Assembly (NCBI GenBank): GCA_963724555.1
Contig: CAVRVE010000002.1
Coordinates: forward strand, 4,879 to 68,878
DNA from: an uncultured Acidobacteriota bacterium
GTDB lineage: Bacteria > Acidobacteriota > Vicinamibacteria > Fen-336
Reading direction: 5' to 3'
DNA: 64,000 bases
Below, one piece after another: positions 28,658-41,238 of this stretch (position 1 is its first letter; the number at the start of each line of letters is the position of its first letter). A model generated the notes under the pieces. The model ran no database searches, was not told the DNA's origin, and saw only the letters and a list, made by a program, of their open reading frames with translations. Position numbers and translations under genes: made by a program.

Positions 28658-30843
28658 CTAGCGGTCGTTCATCCCGAGCGCGGCGAACAGGAACGCGAGC
28701 GTGTCCGCCTCGAGTGCGATCCGCTCGTCGAGCCCGGTGCCGATGCCGTGGCCGGAGCCGGCGCTCGCGCGCAGCAGCACGAGGCTCCTGCCCCCGGTCG
28801 CCGCCTGCAGCCGCGCCGCCATCTTGCGCGAGTGCATCGGGTCGACGCGCGGGTCGTTGGCGCCCGTGGGCAGCAGCACCGGGGGATAGGCGGCGCCGTC
28901 CTTCACGTGGTGGTAGGGCGAGTAGGCGTAGAGCGCGCGGAACTGCGCCGTCGTCCTTCACGGTGCCGAACTCGGGGACGTTGAAGGCTCCGTTCGGCGA
29001 CAGCTCGACGCGCAGCATGTCGTAGATCCCGACGTGCGAGACGACCGCCGCGAAGAGCTCGGGCCGCTGCGTGAGCACGGCTCCCATCAGCAGGCCGCCG
29101 TTGCTGCCGCCCTCGATCGCGAGCCGCTTCGGGCTCGTGTAGCCGGACTTCACGAGCTGCTCGGCGCACGCGATGAAGTCGTCGAACACGTTCTGCTTCA
29201 GCAGCAGCCGCCCCGCGTCGTGCCAGGCCTCGCCGAACTCGCCGCCGCCGCGCAGGTTCGCGAGCGCGAGGACGCCGCCGCGGTCGAGCCAGAGGCGCAA
29301 GCCCGGATCGAAGAAGGGGACCTGGCTGATGCCGTAGCCGCCGTAGCCGCCGAGCAGCGTGGGGTTCGATCCGTCCCGTTTCGCGCCCCTGGGTGCGATC
29401 ACCGTGAGAGGCACGCGCGTGCCGTCCTTCGACGTCGCCCACTCGCGCGAGACGGCGGCGTCGCGCAGGCTGATCGGGAACTCGACCGCGAGGGCCGTCT
29501 TCGTGAGGCGGCCGGCGGCGCCCGCGGCCCCCGGCTCGAAGCGGTACCACGCGCTCGGCTCGACGTAGGACGCGCTCTGCACCAGCAGCGCGTCGCGCCC
29601 GGGCTCGGGGACGATCTGGTAGACGGCGCTCGCCTCGGGCAGCGGCACGACGCTCGGCTCGAGGTCCGCGCGGTCGAGCACGCGCACCCGCTGCGGCCCG
29701 CCCACCTGCTCGACGAGGTAGAGGTGCTTGCCGGTCGCCACGATCTTCGACGAGGGGTCGAACGAGAACGAAGGCTCGATCACCGCCTCGCCCTCGGCGA
29801 GGAACGGGCGCGCGGCCTCGAGCGGCCCGCTCGCCCGCAGCGGCAGCTTCATCAGCCTGCCGCGCGGCGCGCCCTGCCGCGAGAGCAGCAGCAGGCTGTC
29901 GTCCGCGGGGTCGAAGACCGCCTCGAGCACCCGGTCCTCGAATCGCGACAGCCGCGTCCACGAGCCGTCCGGCCGCCGCAGGTGCTGCTCGAACTCGCCG
30001 CCGTCGCCGTTCTGCACGTTCGCGAGCAGGTAGCGGCCGTCGGCGCGCGCGCGCAGATCGATCTCCGCGATGCGCGGGAAGTCCTTCCCGATCTCGTAGC
30101 GGTCCTGGGCCTCGGGCGTGCCGAGCCGGTGGTAGTAGACCTGCGTGTAGAAGTCGAGGTCGGCCTCCGGCCGCTCGCCCGGGCGCGGGTAGCGCGTGTA
30201 GAAGAAGCCCTCGCCCTGGGCGTCCCAGGCGAGGCTTCCGCCCGCGGTGCCGTAGTTGACGCGCGTGACGACGTCCGGGAGCGCGCGGCCGGTGTCCACC
30301 TCGTAGACGTGGGCGTCGCCGCGCTCCGAGCCGCCCTTCGCGAGCGAGACCGCCAGCTTGCGCCCGTCGAAGGACGGCACGTACCAGTCGATCGACGTGC
30401 CGCCCGTCGCGTCGAGCGCGTTCGGATCGACGACGACTTTCGCCTCGTCCGGCCGGTCGACCGACGCCATGCACCACCACCACCGGCTGCTGCTGCGGCG
30501 GGCGGAAGCGTAGCGCGAAGACGCGGCCGCCTGCGGTCTTGAGCCCGCCGAAGCGTGGGACCTCGATCGTGCGGATCTCGCGGACGCGGCGGCGGAGCGC
30601 CTCCTGGCCGGGGAGCGCGTCGAGGAACGAACGCGTGCTCTTGTTCTGCGCCGCGACCCAGGCCTGGACTTCGGGGCTCGCGGCGTCCTCGAGCCAGCGG
30701 TAGTCGTCTGTGACCGGGACGCCGTGGTAGCGGTCCACGACCGGCGTTCGACGCGTGGCCGGCGGCGCGTCGCCCGCCGCCGCCAGGAGCACCGGCAGGC
30801 CGAGCAGTGCGACGGCGCCGAGCGGTAGGCGCTCCGCGCTCAT
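28658..30843 (-). pseudogene. prolyl oligopeptidase (S9A), two apparent frameshifts (near 30475 and 28930)
   Basis: N-terminus with signal peptide and DDYRWLED in the ORF 28903..32526 frame. Propeller and catalytic domain in ORF 28563..30470 (GGYGGYG, GGGEFGEAWH, catalytic Ser GGSNGGLLMGA). C-terminus in ORF 28658..28906 (NDPRVDPMHSRKMAARLQ ... GHG). Confidence 0.85.
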
Positions 30844-31283
30844 CGTCGCCTCGCTCCGCCCGCCGCTCGACGGGCCTTCGCCTTCTTCTTCCTTGCGGGA
30901 GCGCGACGCGCCGGCTTCTTTCGCGAAGCAGAAGCGGACTTCGGGCGCGCGTGGCGCGGCTCGTAGACGCCGAGCTTGCCGCCCCCCGGCAGGCTCACCT
31001 GCGTGAGCCGCCCCCAGCCCAGGTCGCGGACGGGCGAGCACGAGAGGCCGCGCGCGGTCACGCGCGCCACGAACGCGTCGACGTCGGCGCAGATCAGGTA
31101 GAACTCGTGGACGTCGTTCTTCTCGGAGGGATGCACGGCGACCTCGGCGGGCGGTAGCCCGAAGATCAGCCAGCCGTGGCCGACGTCGACGTGGGGCAGC
31201 CCCAGCACGTCCTTCAAGAAGGCGCGGTCCGCCTCCGGGTTCTTGCTGTAGATGATGGAGTGAGCGCCCGTGATCATCTGCAT
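30840..31283 (-). CDS. VOC/glyoxalase-family protein with a Lys/Arg-rich C-terminal tail
   Basis: In ORF 30840..31358, with plausible start MQMITGAHSIIYS. Its stop overlaps the prolyl oligopeptidase start. VOC-like GHGWLIFGLPPAEVAVHP and GGKLGVYEPRH. Tail KKPARRAPARKKKAKARRA. Confidence 0.6.
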   Translation of the reverse strand: MQMITGAHSIIYSKNPEADRAFLKDVLGLPHVDVGHGWLIFGLPPAEVAVHPSEKNDVHEFYLICADVDAFVARVTARGLSCSPVRDLGWGRLTQVSLPGGGKLGVYEPRHARPKSASASRKKPARRAPARKKKAKARRAAGGARRR

Positions 31284-31443
31284 CCTCCTTTTGCGCGCAG
31301 CGTCTCGCCTCGGCAGGCCGTAGTGTAGCGGGTCGGGCCTGGCGAAGAGCCGAAGCAATTCCAGGGGTTCTCAGGACCGCCCGGGTGCGGTAGGCTGGCG
31401 TGGGAAGGGGCCGGGAGGTGAACCCGGACTCCGGAGGAGCTTC

Positions 31444-32935
31444 GTGAAAGTCCTGCTCTTCTCGATGCCGGACTCGTTCGAGCACACCGCTCCGGTGGCG
31501 ATCTGCATGCCGAACGCCGCGCTCACGTCGCTCGCCGGCAACGTGGACGCGCACCACGACGTCGCCGTCGCCGACCTCGTGCTGGCTCAGGGCCGCGTGG
31601 GCGAGACCGTGGATCGCCTGGTCCGCGAGCATCAGCCCGACGTGATCGGGCTCTCGGTGATGACGTTCCAGCGCCGCTCGGCCTTCCGGCTGGTCGAGCG
31701 CCTGCGGGCGCTTCGTCCCGAGGCGCAGATCGTCGCGGGCGGCTACGACCCGAGCCTCGCGACCGCCGCCTGGACGGGGGAGAAGCCCGGCATCGACTTC
31801 GTGGTGTCGGGCGAGGGCGAGGAGACCTTCTCGGAGCTGCTGCGCGCGCTCGAGAGCGGCGGGCCGCTCGACGGCATCGCCGGGCTTTCGTACCGCACCG
31901 CGAGCGGCTTCCGCCACAACCCGCCGCGGCCGATCCGGCCGCTCGAGGACGACTCGCTGCGGCTGCCGAAGCGCAAGGCGCGCGTGCTCACCGGCTACAC
32001 GCTGCTCGGCAAGCCGATCGACGTCGTCGAGACCTCGCGCGGCTGCACCTTCGACTGCAGCTTCTGCTCGATCATCGCGATGCGCGGGCGCAACTTCCAC
32101 CGCCGCGGCTTCGAGCGCGTGCTCGCGGACATCAAGGACGCGCGCGACCACGGCGCGCGCGCGATCTTCATCGTCGACGACAACATCACGCTCGACGTCA
32201 AGCGCTTCGGGGCGCTCTGCGACGCGATCGTCGAAGCCGGCCTCGACGACATCGAGTACGTGGTGCAGGCGATGACCTCGGCGATCGCCGACCACGGCGA
32301 CGAGCTCGCGCCCAAGATGCGCCGCGCGGGCTTCCGCTACGTGTTCCTCGGGATCGAGAACATCCTGGCCGAGGACCTCGGCTTCCTGAAGGCGGACGCG
32401 AAGAACCGGCGCCACGAGAACGGGCGCACGGTCGGCAACGCGACGCTCGAGGCGGTCGAGCACATCCACAGGAACGACATGCTGGTGGTGGGCGGGCTCA
32501 TCGTCGGCAACCCCGGCGACACGCAAGGAATCGATCGAGGCGAACCTCGAGTTCGCGCGGCGCTACGTCGACTGGCCCTACATCCAGCACCCGACGCCCT
32601 ACCCGGGGACGCCGATGACGAAGGAGCTGCTCGAGCGCGGCCTGATCCTGCACGAGCGGCTCGAGGAGTACGACGGCACGACCGCGGTCGTGCGCAGCGA
32701 GGCGCTGTCGGCCGAGGAGATCGAGTTCCTGCGCTGGCGCGCCGAGCGCTGGATGAAGCTGAAGCTGTTTCCGCGGGCGATCCGCGAGAACACGCTCTTC
32801 TGCCTGAAGCACGGCAAGGACATGATCAGCCACACCTTCCGCGGCAGCTGGCGCTCGCTCGTCGGCCTCGAGAGCGAGCGGCGGGCGTTCGAGCGCTACC
32901 GCTCGCTGCGTGCGGCCGAGCGCGAGCACCTCTAG
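31444..32935 (+). pseudogene. B12-binding radical SAM enzyme, one apparent frameshift near 32522
   Basis: ORF 31444..33465 N-terminal part has a cobalamin-binding-like domain (DVIGLSVMTF) and the CxxxCxxC cluster SRGCTFDCSFCS. The C-terminus continues in the frame of ORF 32615..32935 (ESIEANLEFARRYVDWPYIQHPTPYPGTPMTKELLERG...). Confidence 0.8.
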
Positions 32936-32961
32936 CCCGCGGCGCCGGCGTCAGCGAGAGG

Positions 32962-34037
32962 TCAGTGGAACGGGCACCACTCGACCGTGACCTGCTTCGC
33001 GAGCGAGAGCCGCCGGCCGGGCTCGAGCCGCATCCGGCGGATCGCTTCGTGCCCGTGCCACGAGCCGTTCTTGCTCGCGGTGTCGATGGCCCAGAGGCCC
33101 GACTGGCTCTCGACCACGAGCAGGTGCACGCGCGACAGCACGTGCGATCCCATGCAGGGAAGGCCGAAGCCGTCGCAGCGGTCGTAGCGGCCGATGAGAG
33201 CGCCCCTGCGCGCGGCCTCGGCGTCGAGCAGCAGCGAGCCGCCGCCCGAAGACGAGCGGATCCGGATCTCGCCGCGCGCCGGCCTCGCGTCGGAAGCGCT
33301 CGCGTCGGCCTCGGCGGGAGTCGGCGAGAGGAACATCGGCCCCGGGAAGGTCACGACGCTGGTGTCGTCCGGGCTGCCGAGTCTCCGTGGCGCGGCGAGG
33401 CCCGGACCACGACACCGCCCGGGCGGCTCCACGAGCCGGGATCGGCGCTCACGCTGTCGAGATAGACGCGTTCGGGGACGAGCCTCCACGCGGCGTCGGT
33501 ATCGTCGGGCCACGGCTCGCCGCGGTCGCTCGTCGGGACGAGCAGGAGCGCGTACGACGCGCAGCGGACCATGGTGGGCCCCGCCGACTCGAGAGCCCGC
33601 AGGCTCTGGCCCTGCTCGTCCTCGAAGGCGGTCGGGGTGCGCAGGTCCAGCACCCGAAAGCAGGCGCCGCCGTCGGCCGCGCGCCGCACGATCACGGCGA
33701 GGTGGCGGAGCGACAGGGCGGGATCGGAGGGCAGGAAGATCTCGGCGGTGCTGTGGCGGCCGACGATGACCGGGTTGATCCCGTCCTCTTCGGCCGGAAT
33801 CCAGGCGGTGGCCTCGAGCCCGTCCGCGCCCTCGACCAGGAGCGCGACGCCGGGCGAGCGATGGGAGTTCAGCAGCTCGCGGATGTCCGGGTAGAAGCGG
33901 CGGAAGCCGTCCTCGAAGGAGCGGGTTGCGTCCGTCGGGAGTCGCATGGGGAAGCGGCCCAGCGCGAAGCAGATGGTTTGCGCGTTGTCGAATCCGTCGC
34001 GCGCGGCTTCGTTCCGGAGCCAGACGGACCGGGACAT
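32962..34037 (-). pseudogene. protein with two FHA-like domains, one apparent frameshift near 33390
   Basis: ORF 33351..34046 (start MSRSVWL at 34037): VIVGRHSTAEIFLPSDPALSLRHLAVIV ... CFRVLDLRTPTAFEDEQG. The ORF 32962..34242 frame supplies a second FHA: ALIGRYDRCDGFGLPCMGSHVLSRVHLLVVESQSGLWAIDTASKNGSWHGHEAIRRMRLEPG. Confidence 0.6.
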
Positions 34038-34156
34038 CGACCTCACCTTCCCTTCCCTTGCGGGACGAAGCTCTACGACTAGAAATTAGGCACCCGACAT
34101 CGCACCCGCAATGACGGCGGTCACAAAAGCCCCGGGCTTTGTGCTGAACTAGCGCC

Positions 34157-35646
<1,490 letters not shown>

Positions 35647-35647
<1 letters not shown>

Positions 35648-36138
35648 TGCGGCTGCGCTGCGCCGACGCGGTGTACGAGGTCGAGCTGCACCCGGCCAAC
35701 CGCGAGTGGGACGTGCGCGTCAACGGCGAGACCATCCGCCTCTCGCTCGCCGAGGCGGCCGAGGGCCGCGCGGCCGTGCGTCACGCCGGCGAAGTGCTCA
35801 CGCTCCACTACGCGCGGGACGGCGGCGCCATCCACTTGTTCTGGGAGGGGGTTTCCTACAAGCTCCTCGAAGAGCGCGAGGGCGTTCGCCGCGCCGCGCG
35901 CCACGACGCGGGGGCGCTCGAAGCTCCGATGCCCGGCCGCGTGAGCGCGGTCAAGGTCGCGGTCGGGGCGCACGTGCGCAAGGGCGAGGAGCTGCTGGTC
36001 GTCGAGGCCATGAAGATGGAGAACGCGCTGCGCGCGCCCCGGGACGGCGTCGTGCGGGCGGTGCACGTGGGCGTGGGCGAGATGGTGGCTCCCGGCCGTG
36101 CGCTCGTCGAGCTCGAGGACGAAGGAGAGCGGACGTGA
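35647..36138 (+). CDS. biotin carboxyl carrier (biotinyl/lipoyl) domain protein; probably the C-terminal part of the preceding alpha subunit
   Basis: ATG 35647 shares one base with the preceding TGA (TGATG). Reads MRLRCADAVYEVEL... and ends with the biotinylation motif LLVVEAMKMENALRAP. Lies in the ORF 34849..36138 frame. Confidence 0.8.
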
Positions 36139-38881
36139 GCGCGCGCCGAGGCGGGGTCGGGCGGCGCCAGTTCCTCGGACGGCTGGGGGCGCTCGCCGGC
36201 GCCGCCGCAGCGCCGCGGCTGGCGGAAGCCGCTTCGTCCACGCCGGCCGCCCCTGGCGCGGCCGGCCTCGCCCTGATCGTCGATCCCGGCGATCGCGTGG
36301 CGACGTCGTCGCCGGCGCAGGAGGCGCGTGCGACGACTGCGCGAGGCCTGCGCCGCGCGCGGCCTGGCCGTGCGGCCGTGTCGGACGCTCGCGGAGGCGC
36401 GTGGAGCGGAGCTGGCCGTGCTCGTCGCCGGAAGCGCCACGAAGGCCGCGCGGCCGATCCTCGACACGCTGGGCGTCGGTCGCCTCGACGATCCGGAATC
36501 CCTGGTGCTCGCGCTCTCGCGCCGGAGCGGCCGCGACGTGCTGCTGGCCGCCGCTCCCGACGGTCTCGGCCTGGCGTACGCGCTCGCCGAGCTCGCCGAT
36601 CGCATCGAGTGCGCGGCCGAGCCCGGGCGGGAGCTGCTCTCCGTCGGCAAGCTCGTCGAGCGGCCGACCTGCCGGATCCGCAGCGCGATGCGGCTGTTCG
36701 TGAGCGACGTCGAGGACGCGGGCTGGTACCACGACCGGTCGTTCTGGCCCGCCTACCTCGACATGCTCGTCGGCCACCGCTTCAACCGCGTGAACCTCGC
36801 GTTCGGCATCGGCTACGACTTCGCGCGCCGCCTGCGCGACACCTACTTCTACTTCGCCTACCCCTTCCTGCTCCGCGTGCCCGGCTACGACGTGCGGGCG
36901 GTGGGGCTCGACGACGCCGAGCGCGACCGGAACCTCGAGACGCTGCGCTACGTCGGCGAGCAGGCGACCCGGCGCGGCCTGCATTTCCAGCTCGGCCTCT
37001 GGACCCACGCCTACCAGTGGACGGACAGCCCGGACGTCAACTACACGATCTCCGGCCTGACGGGCGCGACGCACGCGGCCTACTGCCGCGACGCGCTCAC
37101 GAGCCTGCTCGAGGCGTGTCCGGCGATCTCCGGTCTCACGCTCCGCACGCACGGCGAGAGCGGCGTGCCGGAGGGCGACGCCGAGCGCTACGGCTTCTGG
37201 CAGACGCTCATGAGCGGCATCGCGCGTGCCGGCCGGCCGATCGAGATCGACCTGCACGCCAAGGGCGTCGACCAGCGGATCATCGACATCGCGCTCGCGA
37301 CGGGCCTCCCCGTGCGCGTCTCGCCGAAGTTCTGGGCCGAGCACATGGGGCTGCCGTACCTGCAGTCCTCGATCCGCGCGCTCGAGCTGCCGCGCGAGGA
37401 CCGCGCGGACCCGCTGATGTCGCTCAGCACCGGCAGCCGCAACCACATGCGCTACAGCTACGGCGACGTGCTCAGGGAAGACCGCCGCTACGGAGTGCTG
37501 CACCGCGTCTGGCCCGGGACGCAGCGCCTGCTGCTCTGGGGCGATCCCGTGTACGCGGCGCAGATGGGCCGCGCCTTCAGCGCCTGCGGCGCCGACGGCG
37601 TCGAGTTCATGGAGCCGCTCTCCTTCAAGGGGCGAAAAGGCTCGGGCCTCCCGGGCGGACGCGACGCCTATCGCGACGCGACGCTTCGGGCCGCGGGCGG
37701 GGACTGGCGCAAGTACGAGTACACCTACCGCCTCTGGGGCCGGCTCGCGTATCGTCCCGACGCCGATCCCGGGAGCTGGCGCCGCAAGCTGAAGAGCGAC
37801 CACGGCGACGCCGCCGAGGCGATCGAGTCGGGCCTGGCGCGCGCGAGCCGCATCCTGCCGCTCGTCAGCAGCGTCCACTGCCCGTCGGCCGCGAACAACA
37901 ACTACTGGCCCGAGATGTACAGCGACATGTCGCTCGTCGACGCGGCGCATCCCGGCTCCTACTCCGACACGCCGGCGCCGAAGGTCTTCGGCGCCGTCAG
38001 CAGCCTCGACCCGCAGATGTTCGCCACGGTCGACGAGTGCGCGGACGCGCTCCTGCGAGGCGAGCCGCTCGCGCGCGTCACGCCGGTCGAGGTGGCCCAC
38101 CAGCTCGGCGAGTGGGCGGAGTCGGCGACGTCGGCGCTCGCGCGCGCGGACGCCCTCGCACGGGACAAGACCGATCCGCGCCACCGCCGCGTCGCGGTCG
38201 ACGGCGCGATCGCCGCCGGGGTCGGCCGCTTCTTCGCGCGCAAGCTGCGCGCCTCCGTGCTCCACGGGATCTTCGACCGCAGCGGCGACGCGCGCGCCCG
38301 CGAGGCCGCGCTCGCGCAGTACCGCTCGGCGCGCGCCGCCTGGGCCGAGCTCGCGCTCGGGCCGGCGCAGGCCTACGCCGCCGACGTCACGTTCGGCTTC
38401 GACTCGCACCTGCGCGGCCACTGGCAGGACCGGCTGGCCGCGATCGACCGCGACATCGCCGAGATCGAGACGCGGCCCGCGGCGCAGGCCGCCGCCCCTG
38501 CGGCGGACTCCGCGAGTGTCGAGCGCGCGCTCGCAGGCCGTGCTGTCGTGGGCCCCGGCTCCAACCGCGGCCGTCGAGCACGAGGCGCCCGGCGACTTCC
38601 TGCCGGGCGAGGCGATCCCGCTCGCGGTCCGCGTCGCCCCGGCGGCCGAGTCCGTGCGCCTCTTCTACCGGCGGCTCAACCAGGCCGAGGCGTGGATCGA
38701 GCTCGAGACGAAGCGTGACGGCGACGCGTGGCGCGCGGCGGTGCCTGCGGACTACACGCGCTCGCCGTATCCGATCCAGTACTACTTCGCGGCGCGAGTG
38801 GGGAAGCACACGACGCTCTGGCCCGGCTTCGGCGCGGACTTCTCGGGACAACCCTACGTCATCGTGCGGAGACGGGCGTGA
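36135..38881 (+). pseudogene. Tat-exported about 915-aa protein, glycoside-hydrolase-like (GH20b/GH67N-type N-domain plus TIM-barrel-like core); two apparent frameshifts (near 36320 and 38510)
   Basis: GTG 36135 overlaps the BCCP stop (GTGA). Twin-arginine signal GRRQFLGRLGALAGAAAAPRLAEA. Main body in ORF 36328..38718 (WYHDRSFWPAYLDMLVGHRFNRVNLAFGIGYDF, LHFQLGLWTHAY, RTHGESGVPEG, SPKFWAEHMGLPY). C-terminus in ORF 38516..38881. The family assignment is tentative. Confidence 0.5.
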
Positions 38882-39801
38882 GCGCGAGCCGCCTGCCCGC
38901 CTCCGTCACGGTCGTCGAGGTCGGGCCGCGCGACGGCCTGCAGAACGAGAGTGCGGAGCTCCCGGTCGACGACAAGGTCGCCTTCTGCGACGCGCTCGTC
39001 GACGCCGGCCTGCGCGTGGTCGAGGTCGGGGCCTTCGTCTCGCCGAAGTGGGTGCCGCAGATGGCGGGCTCCGACGAGGTGCTGCGGCGCGTCCGCAAGC
39101 CGCCGGGCGTGCGCCTGCCGGTGCTGGTTCCCAACCGCCAGGGCTACGAGCGCGCGCTCGCGGCCGGCGCTCGCGAGATCGCCGTCTTCACCGCGGCCAG
39201 CGAGAGCTTCAGCCGCAAGAACACGAACGCCTCGATCGACGAGACCTTCGAGCGCTTCGCGGCCTTCGTGCCCGAGGCGCGCCGCGAGGGGCTGCGCGTG
39301 CGCGGCTACGTCTCGACCGCGTTCGGCTGCCCCTACGAGGGGCCGGTCGATCCGGCGCGCGCGATCGAGGTCGTGGTGCGGCTGGCCGAGGCCGGCTGCC
39401 ACGAGGTGTCGATCGGAGATACGATCGGGGTCGCCGTGCCCACGCAGGTGAGCGAACTCCTGGGACGACTGACCGAAAGCCTGCCGATCGACCGGGTGGC
39501 CGTGCACTTCCACGACACCCGCGGGACGGCGCTCGCGAACGTGCTGGCCGCGCTCGAGCAGGGAGTCGCGATCGTGGACAGCGCCGCGGGCGGCACCGGC
39601 GGCTGTCCCTATGCGCCGGGCGCGTCCGGCAACCTGGCGACCGAAGACCTGCTCTACATGCTGCAGGGGATGGGGATCGAGACCGGCGTCGACCTCGACC
39701 GCGTCGCGGCCGCCTCGCGCGCGCTCGCCGCCAGGCTCGGCCGCGCGCTGCCGTCTCGCTACCTGCAGGCCGGGCCGCCCGCCCGACGGAGCGCCTCGTG
39801 A
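38878..39801 (+). CDS. hmgL: hydroxymethylglutaryl-CoA lyase
   Basis: GTG 38878 overlaps the upstream stop (GTGA). Motifs VEVGPRDGLQNE, VGAFVSPKWVPQMA, SIGDTIGVAVP, HFHDTRGTALANVLAALE and GGCPYAPGASGNLATEDL. Intact. Confidence 0.9.
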   Translation: MSASRLPASVTVVEVGPRDGLQNESAELPVDDKVAFCDALVDAGLRVVEVGAFVSPKWVPQMAGSDEVLRRVRKPPGVRLPVLVPNRQGYERALAAGAREIAVFTAASESFSRKNTNASIDETFERFAAFVPEARREGLRVRGYVSTAFGCPYEGPVDPARAIEVVVRLAEAGCHEVSIGDTIGVAVPTQVSELLGRLTESLPIDRVAVHFHDTRGTALANVLAALEQGVAIVDSAAGGTGGCPYAPGASGNLATEDLLYMLQGMGIETGVDLDRVAAASRALAARLGRALPSRYLQAGPPARRSAS

Positions 39802-41109
39802 GCGACACGACCGCGACCATCCTGGTGGTCGACGACCTGCCGGCGAACCGCGACCTGATGGTGCGGCGCCTGGAGCGCTCGGGCTTCAACGTGATCGCCG
39901 CTGCGAGCGGGCCCGAGGCGCTCGAGGTCGTCGGTCGCGGCAACATCGACCTCGTGCTGCTCGACATCATGATGCCGGGCATGACCGGGATCGACGTGCT
40001 GCGCACGATCCGGATGTCGCGCTCGTCGGCGGCGCTGCCGGTCGTGATGGTCACCGCCAAGACCGACAGCGAGGACGTGGTCGAGGCGCTCTCGCTCGGC
40101 GCCAACGACTACGTCACCAAGCCGGTCGACTACCCGGTGGCGCTCGCGCGCATCCAGGGCCATCTGCGCACCACGAAGGCGCTGCGCGTCGAGGCGGCCC
40201 CGGCGGCGATCGAGCCGCGCAGCCCCGCACAGGCGGTGCCGGGGACCGTGCTGGGGGGCCGCTACCGGCTCGACCAGCCGATCGGCGGCGGCAGCTTCGG
40301 GACCGTTTTCCGCGCGCGCCATCTCGAGCTCAACCGCGACGTGGCCGTGAAGATCCTGGCGACGAGCGCGGGCACGGACCCCGAGGCGCTCAAGCGCTTC
40401 AGGCGCGAGGGCGACTCGGCGTGCCGGGTGCAGCACCCGAACGCGGTCGCGGTCTTCGACTTCGCCGTCAACGCCGGGGGCGTCGCGTACCTGGTCATGG
40501 AGCTGCTCGAGGGCCATTCGCTCGAGAAGGAGCTCGAGGAGCGCGGCCCGCTCCCCGCGCGCCGCTCGGCCCTGATCGTGATCCCCGTCTGCTCGGCGCT
40601 CGCGGCCGCGCACGCCGCCGGTGTCGTGCACCGCGACATCAAGCCCTCGAACGTGTTCCTGCACCGCTCCGGGCAGCGCGAGATCGCCAAGATCCTGGAC
40701 TTCGGCATCGCGAAGCTGGCGGCCGACTCCGCGCTCGGGCAGAGCCTGACGGTCGACGGCTCGCTGCTCGGGACGCCCGGCCTACATGGCGCCGGAGCGC
40801 TTCCGCCGCGGCACCTACGGCCCGAGCTCCGACATCTACAGCGTCGGCGCGATGCTCTACGAGATGCTCTCGGGCCGGCTGCCGTTCATTCCGAGCACCG
40901 CCGACCCGCTCGCGCTCGTGGCGATGCAGGCCGAGGAGGACCCGCCGCCGATCCGCGCCCGCCGCCCCGAGGTTCCGGAGGCGCTCGAGCGGGTCGTGCT
41001 CCAGGCCCTGTCGCGCCAGCCCGACGCCCGCCCGACGGCCGAGCAGCTCGCGCACCGGCTGGCGCAGGTCACGGCGGATCCGCTCAGGCCGCTCGACGAT
41101 TCTCGCTAG
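39798..41109 (+). pseudogene. response-regulator receiver fused to a Hanks-type Ser/Thr protein kinase, one apparent frameshift near 40780
   Basis: GTG 39798 overlaps the hmgL stop (GTGA). REC: ILVVDDLPANRDL and DLVLLDIMMPGMTG...VTAKT. Kinase: GGGSFGTVFRA, VAVKIL, HRDIKPSNVFL and DFGIAK in the ORF 35706..41231 frame. Then TP.YMAPERF and [16 protein letters not shown] in ORF 40786..41109. Confidence 0.8.
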
Positions 41110-41238
41110 CAGCCGAGCCTCATCGAACCCCATCACGAGGCTCCACTCGACGGCCCTGGGGAGCGGCAGCTAGAATGTTTCCTTCATGGCCCCTATTCAC
41201 GTTACGGGGGATCACGCCGGCCTTGGGATAATGACTGC

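Noticed and set aside
34122-34143. 9-bp bulged hairpin cacaaaagccccgggctttgtg just upstream of the biotin carboxylase start.
   Set aside because: Position and lack of a U-tract argue against a terminator. It could be an operator, but nothing else supports this, and similar GC-rich hairpins are expected by chance.
41115-41143. Hairpin GAGCCTC-N15-GAGGCTC just after the REC-kinase stop, considered as an intrinsic terminator.
   Set aside because: It has only a 7-bp stem with a 15-nt loop and no following U-tract.
35706-41231. Giant 1841-aa plus-strand ORF spanning five genes. Similar giants in the track: 35308..38421 (-, 1037 aa), 28903..32526 (-, 1207 aa), 21155..24073 (+, 972 aa), 19004..22024 (-, 1006 aa read straight through), 5263..7707 (+, 814 aa), 48274..50664 (-, 796 aa), 50789..53242 (-, 817 aa).
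   Set aside because: Stop codons are rare in off-frames at about 70% G+C. Outside short stretches where they coincide with a real gene frame, these ORFs translate to monotonous Arg/Ala/Pro/Gly sequence. They overlap genes with clear family motifs in other frames or on the other strand.
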